A stretch of DNA of 64,000 nucleotides. Origin: Lysobacterales bacterium PRO7 (GTDB taxonomy: Bacteria; Pseudomonadota; Gammaproteobacteria; Xanthomonadales; Rhodanobacteraceae). The translations under genes and the position numbers were made by a program. Position 1 is the first letter of the stretch. Each line of letters begins with the position of its first letter. Below are positions 57,169 through 64,000 of the stretch, piece after piece. The notes under the pieces are model-generated. The model saw nothing but the letters and a program-made list of their open reading frames with translations. It had not been told where the DNA came from and did not search any database. The stretch covers positions 156,760 through 220,759 of the forward strand of contig QWHH01000001.1 of the NCBI GenBank assembly GCA_021404785.1, given 5' to 3'.

Positions 57169-57408
57169 ATGAATTCGCAAAACGAGATACAGACGCTGCC
57201 GCAGGTGTGGATGCTGCGTCTGCCCGAGGTGATGAAAAGAACGGCGCTCAGCCGCAGCCAGATCTACCGGCTGATCGACTTTGGAGAATTTCCGAAGCAG
57301 GTCCCGCTATGTGAGCGAGCTGTCGGCTGGATAGAGGAAGAAATTGATCTATGGCTGAAGAGCCGCATCGAGCACTCCCGCAATCCGCAGCCCGCGTCGA
57401 AATGCTGA
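57169..57408 (+). CDS. alpA: AlpA-family regulator / putative recombination directionality factor
   Basis: MLRLPEVMKRTALSRSQIYRLIDFGEFPKQVPLCERAVGW; next to the att site. Confidence 0.92.
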   Translation: MNSQNEIQTLPQVWMLRLPEVMKRTALSRSQIYRLIDFGEFPKQVPLCERAVGWIEEEIDLWLKSRIEHSRNPQPASKC

Positions 57409-57550
57409 CGAGTGTCTTGTGCTGTTCAACGCGATTTGTTGCGCTTTGCAGACTCTGCCCTGCCCTGATTGCGGTCGCTGGGGTAAAAAGTGGGGTATTC
57501 GCGGATGGCGAGGTATCTAACCATATCCAAAACAGGACGTTGTAGCCTGC

Positions 57551-57574
57551 GTTCGAATCCTAGTCTCCCAGCCA
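57551..57574 (+). other. Attachment site: displaced 3' end of a tRNA, probably tRNA-Gln
   Basis: GTTCGAATCCTAGTCTCCCAGCCA = T-loop, 3' T-stem, acceptor strand, A72, G73, CCA; the matching 5' half is absent. Confidence 0.85.
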
Positions 57575-57576
57575 GA

Positions 57577-57612
57577 AAAACAAACGGCCCCTTTTTGGGG
57601 CCGTTTGTTTTT
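57577..57612 (+). terminator. Rho-independent terminator of the original tRNA locus
   Basis: AAAACAAACGGCCCC-TTTTT-GGGGCCGTTTGTTTT perfect 15-bp stem. Confidence 0.9.
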
Positions 57613-57756
57613 CGTTGCCGCACTTTCCGCCCGGCTTGCAAACACGTCCGTCTGTCAGTTTCGCGGTGGGCGTGATTTTGGATTGTGCGCTTAATCACGC
57701 ACGCCGCGCCGCAGTATGGCTACCCTGAACACGTCGCATTTTGCGTGGAGCGGATC

Positions 57757-58281
57757 ATGTTCAAATTCACAGCGCTGCGGCAGGCGGTGAAGGAAATCGA
57801 TGCGCCCGGGATTCCGCCATCATGGAATTTGCCGGTGCAATACGACGCCACGCTTGTGCCGGGCCTGGTTGCCGAACACGATGAACTGGATGCGCGCTTT
57901 GCCGCGATGTCCGGCAGCTTGGCGCGCGACCCGGCGATCGCCGAGTTCGCCGTGCGTGATTGCGCCGAACGCCTGCACCGCCTGCGCCACACCGAGGCCT
58001 TGCAGTTGTATCCGGTCATTGCGCATGCGCTGTCCGGCGATCCGATCCAGCGCCGCCTGTTCTGGCAATCACGTCTGGTCATGTTGGGGCTGGCGCGGCG
58101 CGCGCTGCGCCGTTTCGAGGATCTCGAGCGCGCCGTGCAAACCGGAAACGGCATTGCCGCTGCTGCCGGTTACGTCGTCGCGGGCATGGCCGAATACCGT
58201 CGCCGCAATGAAACCACGATGTATCCGATGTACGAAAGGATCGGGCGGCGCGGCGTCGCCCGCAAGCCGCACGTCGCTTGA
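57757..58281 (+). CDS. Hypothetical protein, possibly a degenerate hemerythrin-like four-helix bundle
   Basis: LVAEHDEL...RHTEALQLYP...NETTMYP pattern. Confidence 0.6.
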   Translation: MFKFTALRQAVKEIDAPGIPPSWNLPVQYDATLVPGLVAEHDELDARFAAMSGSLARDPAIAEFAVRDCAERLHRLRHTEALQLYPVIAHALSGDPIQRRLFWQSRLVMLGLARRALRRFEDLERAVQTGNGIAAAAGYVVAGMAEYRRRNETTMYPMYERIGRRGVARKPHVA

Positions 58282-58299
58282 GCGGCGGACGCGGCTCGC

Positions 58300-60012
58300 T
58301 CAATCAAAACCGTTCGCGAAGATCGTGTCGACGCTCATCTCCACGACGTATCCGCTGGTGCCGCCGTCGACATCCAGGCGCCAGCCGGAATAGTAGGTTT
58401 CGTTCGCATCGCTTTGCGTGGTCCAGTCGAGTGCGCTTAGGGTGGCGTTCGCCGGCGCGAGTACGCGGATCAGCATAGGGCCGGCCCGCGCGGTCTTGCC
58501 ACTGATGACAGGTTGCACCGGCGTATTGACCTGAAACGTCGCCGTGGTTCCGCTGCCGAGCGCGAATGCATCGCTGACCGTCAGCTTGTGTCCGCCGAAA
58601 TCGATCGTGCGCTGCCACGAAGTCAGCGCAGCGCTGCCGTTGTAAGCGGGCGTGAGATTCGCCACCGCATGCACCGCGCCGCCCGCGCCCGGCGTCACGG
58701 TCATCGTCGATGTCGTGCCTTCGCGCTGCGGCACGATAACCCCGGACTTTTCGAAGCGCACGACATTGTTGGTGTCGGTGCCCTGCTGGATGCCGCTGTG
58801 CGTCCAGATGTTCTCGGTTACCGCGAGCCAGTCGTCCTCGAACAGCGTGAATGCGCCCTGATCCTGGTGCGCATGACTTTGCACATACGGCCCGGCGCTG
58901 AAGTTCAGCCACATCGCCTTGGTGTCCCAACCGGTGCGCGAAAACAGCTGCCCCGTTCCCGATGCGTAATAAGTCAACGACGCGGGCGGTGCACCGGCAT
59001 CACCTGCCGGCAGCAGGTTGTGCCGATAGTTGAAGCTGCTTTGCATGTCCTGGTCGGAAATCGAATGCAGCCACCACGATGCGTTTTCGCGCGCCGTCGC
59101 ATTGTTCGTCAGATAGCGGGCTTCGAGCATCAGGTGCCGGTGGTAGTCGTAGATCACCGGCTCGGACACGCGCGCCTGATCACCGATCGCGGCGACGCGG
59201 TCGAGCGTTGGCACGGTGGCATGAATCCACCATTGGATGCTGTCGGTCAGGTGTGCATTGGCATTGGCGAGGTCGCCACCCATCGCGTCGTGCCACACGC
59301 GATACAACGTGAACAGCTCGCGGTGCGACAAACCGTAGGCGGTGCCTTCCTGGCTGCCGCCGCCGGGGATACTAGCCGTGTAGGCCATTTGTTCCGGCCA
59401 ACGCGTGTTGGTCAGGTAATTAAGGCACGTCACGCCGGTCACGCAGGGCGAACTGTTCGAGGCCAGGCCCCAGTACATCGACGCACGCAGGAAGCTGTAG
59501 TGATAGTTGTTGGCCGGATCGTCCACGCCCCAGCCGCTCCACGGAAACGCATTGCCGCCCCATTGCGCCTGACCGGCATGCCATACGTTCCAGACCGCTT
59601 GTTCGGCATAGGCCGCCCAGCGTGTGCGTTGGCTGCCCGATACATGATCCGCGCACCAGTCGTAAGTCAGCGCGAGATCCTCGATCATCGGACCGACTTC
59701 CAGATACGAATCGCCGGAAATATCCGGACGGCCACCACCGGCGATGGCGGTTTCAGCAGCGGATACCTGCGCCTCGACCGTGTTCACCGCCAGCGTGGCG
59801 TATTGCGGCTGTCCGGTGAGCTTGTACATGTACGCCGCATCGGCGGCGGAAAAACCGTAGTCCGGATTGCCAGCGACGGCCTTGTCCACGAAACTCTTGA
59901 AGCGGGTGAACTCGGCCGAGTTCTGATTGACGTAGGACAAGTCGATATCGATCGCGGCCCGGGCCGGGAGACTCGCCAACAGCCAAATCAGCAGCCAGAG
60001 TTTTCCTGTCAT
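58300..60012 (-). CDS. Secreted protein with heparinase II/III-like C-terminal region and DTIFANGFD tail
   Basis: Signal peptide ending PARA; HAHQDQGAFTLF motif; FSRTGWD. Confidence 0.75.
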   Translation of the reverse strand: MTGKLWLLIWLLASLPARAAIDIDLSYVNQNSAEFTRFKSFVDKAVAGNPDYGFSAADAAYMYKLTGQPQYATLAVNTVEAQVSAAETAIAGGGRPDISGDSYLEVGPMIEDLALTYDWCADHVSGSQRTRWAAYAEQAVWNVWHAGQAQWGGNAFPWSGWGVDDPANNYHYSFLRASMYWGLASNSSPCVTGVTCLNYLTNTRWPEQMAYTASIPGGGSQEGTAYGLSHRELFTLYRVWHDAMGGDLANANAHLTDSIQWWIHATVPTLDRVAAIGDQARVSEPVIYDYHRHLMLEARYLTNNATARENASWWLHSISDQDMQSSFNYRHNLLPAGDAGAPPASLTYYASGTGQLFSRTGWDTKAMWLNFSAGPYVQSHAHQDQGAFTLFEDDWLAVTENIWTHSGIQQGTDTNNVVRFEKSGVIVPQREGTTSTMTVTPGAGGAVHAVANLTPAYNGSAALTSWQRTIDFGGHKLTVSDAFALGSGTTATFQVNTPVQPVISGKTARAGPMLIRVLAPANATLSALDWTTQSDANETYYSGWRLDVDGGTSGYVVEMSVDTIFANGFD

Positions 60013-60090
60013 GGCCTTCTCGCGTCCCGGAAATGTTCACAGCCTAGACGAGTCAACGCCAGTTGGCCGTGAATTGCGACACGCTTGGTG

Positions 60091-60468
60091 CTAGAAGGCG
60101 TCGATATCACCCAGCGCGTGAATCAGCCGTCGCGCGCGCTTGTCCGGTTTTGTCGGCGGCTTGATGTAGCCGGTTGCGTTCAAGCGTCGTTGCTCGGCTG
60201 CTTGCGCGCGCGCTGCGCGGCTTGTTTCCGTCTCGCGATAACAGGACTGGGCGACGACCGCAGAACCGCGTTGCGCCAACAGCACCAGTACATCGACCTC
60301 GAATTGTTCCTCGCCACGCGCGATGCGCAGGCGATCGCCGACATGCAGTAATTTCGATGCTTTGCCCGCGCCATCGTGGATGCGGATCTTGCCACTCTCG
60401 ATCGCCTGCTTGGCCAGCACGCGCGTCTTGAAAAACCGCGCGGCCCACAGCCACACGTCAAGGCGCAC
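60091..60468 (-). CDS. hslR: Ribosome-associated heat shock protein Hsp15 (S4 domain)
   Basis: RLDVWLWAARFFKTR, KPDKRARR. Confidence 0.93.
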   Translation of the reverse strand: MRLDVWLWAARFFKTRVLAKQAIESGKIRIHDGAGKASKLLHVGDRLRIARGEEQFEVDVLVLLAQRGSAVVAQSCYRETETSRAARAQAAEQRRLNATGYIKPPTKPDKRARRLIHALGDIDAF

Positions 60469-60508
60469 GCTGCCGGTTTGTTGTGCGATGGGGTTAATCA
60501 GAAATTTT

Positions 60509-61312
60509 TCACCCGCACTTGCTGTAGCCGCAATTCAGGCAAGTCGCGCAGCCGTCCATGATGATGACGGCGCTGGTGTTGCACTTGTGGCACTGGGTGG
60601 CGCCGGGCGGGAAGGTGCCGGCAGATTCCAATGTGGATGCAGTGTGCGTGTTCTCGTCGGCGACGGATGCAGCGCCGATCATGGCGCCGCCCATCTCGCC
60701 GGCGGTGCTTATTTCAGACTTTTTTTTTGTGCGGCCTTCGTAGGCAGCGCGCTTCTCGGCGATCAGCTTGCGCTGTTCGGGGCCGAGTTCCGGATCGTGC
60801 AGCAGGCCGATCATCTTCAGGTGCTGCTCGACGATCGCGCCGAGCTCGGCCACGATCGAAGGCATGTACACACCGCCGGCCTTGAAGTAGCCGCCGCGCG
60901 GATCGAACACGGCTTTCAATTCTTCGACAATGAAGGTGACGTCGCCGCCCTTGCGGAACACCGCGCTCATGATGCGGGTCAGCGCCACGATCCACTGGAA
61001 ATGGTCCATGTTCTTCGAGTTGATGAAGATCTCGAAGGGCCGGCGCAGTTCGTATTCGGTGCCCTGGTTGAGCACGATGTCGTTGATCGTCACGTACATC
61101 GCGTGTTCGACCAGTGGCGAGCGAATCTTGTAGGTCGCGCCGATCAGCACTTCCGGACGCTCGACCTTCTCGTGCATCTGGATGACTTCGGCGCCGGGCG
61201 AGCGTGCCACCTCGATGGCGTCGACGGGATCGGGACCGACGGTCGCAGCCTTGGCGTCATCGGGTTTGGCGACGCTGTAGCCCTTGATCTTGCGTGAAAT
61301 CTTGATGGTCAT
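60509..61312 (-). CDS. nrdJb: Class II ribonucleotide reductase subunit NrdJb
   Basis: RPFEIFINSK, ALTRIMSAVFRKGG, C-terminal CHKC...CATCLNCGYSKCG. Confidence 0.9.
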   Translation of the reverse strand: MTIKISRKIKGYSVAKPDDAKAATVGPDPVDAIEVARSPGAEVIQMHEKVERPEVLIGATYKIRSPLVEHAMYVTINDIVLNQGTEYELRRPFEIFINSKNMDHFQWIVALTRIMSAVFRKGGDVTFIVEELKAVFDPRGGYFKAGGVYMPSIVAELGAIVEQHLKMIGLLHDPELGPEQRKLIAEKRAAYEGRTKKKSEISTAGEMGGAMIGAASVADENTHTASTLESAGTFPPGATQCHKCNTSAVIIMDGCATCLNCGYSKCG

Positions 61313-61371
61313 GGCAGATGCTTGGGTAGGGAAAACGGGCGGAACCGTGGTTGCGGCTCCGCCGCGGGGGA

Positions 61372-61857
61372 TCATTTTTTCTTGGCTTTCTTTTTCGCAC
61401 CGGCGGTTTTTTCCGCCTTGGACTTGCGCTTCATGTCCATCGAATGCGCGCGCTTGTAGGTCTGGATGTCCTTGAAGTGGCCCTTGGCATCGCGCACCGC
61501 GTACAGCTTCTTGCCCTTGCTGCTGTACAGCGTCGTGCGCTGGCCTTTTTTCTTCGCGGCCTTTTTTGCGGTTTTCTTCTTCGCGGCTTTCTTCGCGCTC
61601 TTTTTCGCCGCTTTGCGGGCATTGGCCACGGCCTTTTTCACGGCTTTCTTCGCCGCGCCCGCGCGCTTGGCGGCCGTCTTCTTCACCGTGGCGGCGCGTT
61701 TGGCGACGGCCTTGCTCACTTCCTCCGCCTTTGCGGCAACTGCGGTCCTGACCTCGGCGACTTTCTCGGCCATGGCCTGACCCATTTCCTGTGCCTTCTC
61801 GACGACCGCATCCACCGGACCGGACGGGTTGTCGCCCCAGCTGTGTTCGCTTTGCAT
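61372..61857 (-). CDS. Histone H1-like Lys/Ala-rich protein with a distinct C-terminal segment
   Basis: KKAAKK repeats followed by RTTLYSSKGKKLYAVRDAKGHFKDIQTYKRAH. Confidence 0.8.
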   Translation of the reverse strand: MQSEHSWGDNPSGPVDAVVEKAQEMGQAMAEKVAEVRTAVAAKAEEVSKAVAKRAATVKKTAAKRAGAAKKAVKKAVANARKAAKKSAKKAAKKKTAKKAAKKKGQRTTLYSSKGKKLYAVRDAKGHFKDIQTYKRAHSMDMKRKSKAEKTAGAKKKAKKK

Positions 61858-61964
61858 GGTTTCTCCGACTCGTTTGCGTTAGTGCCGATTCCGGTTCTGT
61901 GCGCCATGAATCGTCAGGCGCGCCAGAACACCCCGTGAGCCTTCGCCAAGTTCAATGCGATACC

Positions 61965-64000
61965 CTAGAACTTGCCGTAGTAGCCTTCCTTCAAGGCATC
62001 GAAAAGATTGGCGGCGGTATGTGTTTCGCCGTCGTATTCGATCTCGTCGTTGCCCTTGGCTTCCACTACGGTACCGTCATCCAGCTCGAAACGGTAGAGG
62101 GTGTTTTCCAGATCCGCTTCCTTGACCAGCACGCCCTGGAAGGCGGCCGGGTTGAAGCGGAACGTGGTGCAGCCCTTCAGCCCTTGCTTGTGCGCGTAGC
62201 GGTAGATGTCCTTGAAGTCCGCGTACGGATAGTCGGTGGGTACGTTCGCGGTCTTGGAAATCGATGAATCCACCCACTTTTGCGCGGCAGCCTGGATATC
62301 GACATGCTCCTTCGGCGAGATGTCGTCGGCAGCAACGAAATAATCCGGCAGTTTCTGCTCGGCAATTTCCGAAAACGGCATGGCGTCGGCATTGATCAGC
62401 TCGCGGTAGGCGAGCAGTTCGTAGCTGTAGACCTCGACTTTTTCCTTGGATTTCTTGCCCTCGCGGATCACGTTGCGGCTGTAGTGATGGGCGAACGACG
62501 GCTCGATGCCGTTGCTGGCGTTGTTCGCCAGCGACAGCGAAATCGTGCCGGTCGGCGCGATCGACGAATGGTGCGTGAAGCGCGCGCCGGTTTGCGCCAG
62601 GTCCTCGACAAGTTCCGGCGCGACTTCCGCCACGCGCTGCATGTAGCGCGAATACTTCGCGTGCAGCAGGCGGCCGGGGATCTTGTCGCCGGCCGTGTAG
62701 CCGTCGGCGGCCATTTCCGGACGTTGCCGCAACATCTGCGCGCTGACCGTGAATTCCTCGGTCATGATGGGAGCAGGGCCCTTTTCCTGGGCCAGCGACA
62801 GCGCGACTTCCCAGCCGGCCACGGCCATGTCGCGCGCGACGGCTTCGGTGAATTCGCAGGACTCGGCGCTGCCGTACTTCATCTTCAGCATGGCGAGCGT
62901 GGAGCCCAGGCCGAGGAAGCCCATGCCGTGGCGGCGCTTGCGCGTGATCTCGTCGCGCTGCTGCGCCAGCGGCAGGCCGTTGATCTCGACCACGTTGTCG
63001 AGCATGCGCGTGAACACGCGCACGACTTCCTTGTATTCGTCCCAGTCGAAGCGCGCCTTCGGTCCGAACGGATCGCGCACGAACGTGGTCAGGTTCACCG
63101 AGCCGAGCAGGCACGAGCCGTACGGCGGCAGTGGCTGCTCGCCGCAGGGATTGGTCGCGCGGATGTTCTCGCACCACCAGTTGTTGTTCATCTCGTTGAC
63201 GCGGTCGATGAGGATGAATCCGGGCTCGGCGTAGTCGTACGTCGAGCTCATGATCATGTCCCACAGGTGCTTGGCATGAACGTGGCCATAAACCTTGCAG
63301 GCGACCATGCCGTCTTCGCGCGTCACGTAGTTCTTGTGCGTGGGCCAATCGCGCCAGACCACGCTATTGCCGTCGTCCAGGTCGTTTTCGTCGCGTTCCT
63401 TGATGTTGATCGGGAACACCAGCGGCCAGTCGGCATCGTTCTCGACCGCTTCCATGAAGCCGTCGGTGATGAGCAGGGAAAGGTTGAATTGGCGCAGGCG
63501 CCCGTTTTCGCGCTTGGCGCGGATGAAATCCTTCACGTCCGGATGCGACACGTCGAACGTGCCCATCTGCGCGCCGCGGCGCCCGCCCGCCGAGGACACG
63601 GTGAAGCACATCTTGTCGTAGATATCCATGAACGACATCGGGCCGGACGTGTAGGCGCCGGCGCCGGCGACGAACGCGCCGCGCGGGCGCAAGGTCGAGA
63701 ATTCGTAGCCGATGCCGCAGCCGGCCTTCAGCGTCAGGCCGGCCTCGTGGACTTTCTCGAGGATGCCATCCATCGAGTCCTCGATCGTGCCCGACACCGT
63801 GCAGTTGATCGTGGACGTGGCCGGCTTGTGCTCGAGCGCGCCGGCATTGGAGGTGATGCGTCCGGCCGGGATCGCGCCACGGCGCAGCGCCCACAGAAAG
63901 CGTTCATACCAGTATTTCTGCTTTTCCGTGGTGACTTCGGCCTCGGCCAGCGCCTTGGCGACACGCTGGTAGGTGTGATCGATGTCGGCATCAACGGGCT
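61965..64000 (-). CDS. nrdJa: Adenosylcobalamin-dependent ribonucleotide reductase NrdJa, 5'-truncated by the window edge
   Basis: IPAGRITSNAG, INCTVSG, ATNPCGEQPL, SSIAPTGTIS, SSISKTAN; frame open to the window end. Confidence 0.96.
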   Translation of the reverse strand, partial: PVDADIDHTYQRVAKALAEAEVTTEKQKYWYERFLWALRRGAIPAGRITSNAGALEHKPATSTINCTVSGTIEDSMDGILEKVHEAGLTLKAGCGIGYEFSTLRPRGAFVAGAGAYTSGPMSFMDIYDKMCFTVSSAGGRRGAQMGTFDVSHPDVKDFIRAKRENGRLRQFNLSLLITDGFMEAVENDADWPLVFPINIKERDENDLDDGNSVVWRDWPTHKNYVTREDGMVACKVYGHVHAKHLWDMIMSSTYDYAEPGFILIDRVNEMNNNWWCENIRATNPCGEQPLPPYGSCLLGSVNLTTFVRDPFGPKARFDWDEYKEVVRVFTRMLDNVVEINGLPLAQQRDEITRKRRHGMGFLGLGSTLAMLKMKYGSAESCEFTEAVARDMAVAGWEVALSLAQEKGPAPIMTEEFTVSAQMLRQRPEMAADGYTAGDKIPGRLLHAKYSRYMQRVAEVAPELVEDLAQTGARFTHHSSIAPTGTISLSLANNASNGIEPSFAHHYSRNVIREGKKSKEKVEVYSYELLAYRELINADAMPFSEIAEQKLPDYFVAADDISPKEHVDIQAAAQKWVDSSISKTANVPTDYPYADFKDIYRYAHKQGLKGCTTFRFNPAAFQGVLVKEADLENTLYRFELDDGTVVEAKGNDEIEYDGETHTAANLFDALKEGYYGKF

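Larger units (their letters stand above)
1..57574 (+). mobile_element. Tn4371-like (P-type trb T4SS) integrative conjugative element, right portion; left boundary and integrase outside the window
   Basis: Gene order radC-repA-parAB-DUF2840-traF-relaxase-traG-copG-trbB...trbCDEJLFGI-DUF2274-alpA, ending at a tRNA 3' fragment; housekeeping genes resume after 57575. Inclusion of 1-3401 in the element is inferred. Confidence 0.88.

Noticed and set aside
55802-57408. luxI synthase or lux box adjacent to luxR
   Set aside because: No ORF with LuxI motifs and no ACCTG-N10-CAGGT-like palindrome found near luxR
57495-57574. Complete tRNA gene
   Set aside because: Only the 3' 24 nt are tRNA-like; no 5' acceptor strand TGGGAGA, D-arm or anticodon arm upstream
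61965-64000. Intein or intron in nrdJa, and the ORF-track start at 63797
   Set aside because: The reading frame is continuous with expected RNR motifs and normal spacing; 63797 is an internal GTG in the INCTVSG motif and the gene extends past the window

Overview
GC-rich proteobacterial sequence, probably Xanthomonadales/Rhodanobacteraceae-like (inferred from copLAB, split nrdJa/nrdJb and D-x-I-F-x-N-G-F-D/E protein tails). Positions 1-57574 are the right-hand part of a Tn4371/P-type (trb) integrative conjugative element (ICE). It ends at a displaced tRNA-Gln-like 3' fragment (57551-57574); the left end and integrase lie outside the window. The backbone carries a ParB-like protein, radC, repA with an iteron/DnaA-box origin, parS-parA-parB, DUF2840, traF, a lytic transglycosylase, a candidate oriT, relaxase, traG, trbB and trbCDEJLFGI, a LuxR solo and alpA. 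Cargo comprises a czc-like metal cluster (1-3401), a 2525-aa signal-peptide-bearing SpvB/FG-GAP/RHS toxin with four downstream exported genes (8148-18604), and a ~14 kb copper island inserted between trbB and trbC. Positions 57575-64000 are host chromosome (secreted lyase-like protein, hslR, nrdJb, histone-like protein, nrdJa). The most interesting signals are three. First, a perfect lux-box palindrome sits at activator distance upstream of the RHS toxin gene, 48 kb from an ICE-encoded LuxR solo with an altered ligand pocket. Second, a 9-bp-periodic TAGAC motif recurs at the backbone promoters for replication, partition/transfer, mating pair formation and excision. Third, a D-x-I-F-x-N-G-F-D/E tag occurs at two protein C-termini and inside the RHS shell. 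All calls come from reading the sequence by eye; no database searches were run.
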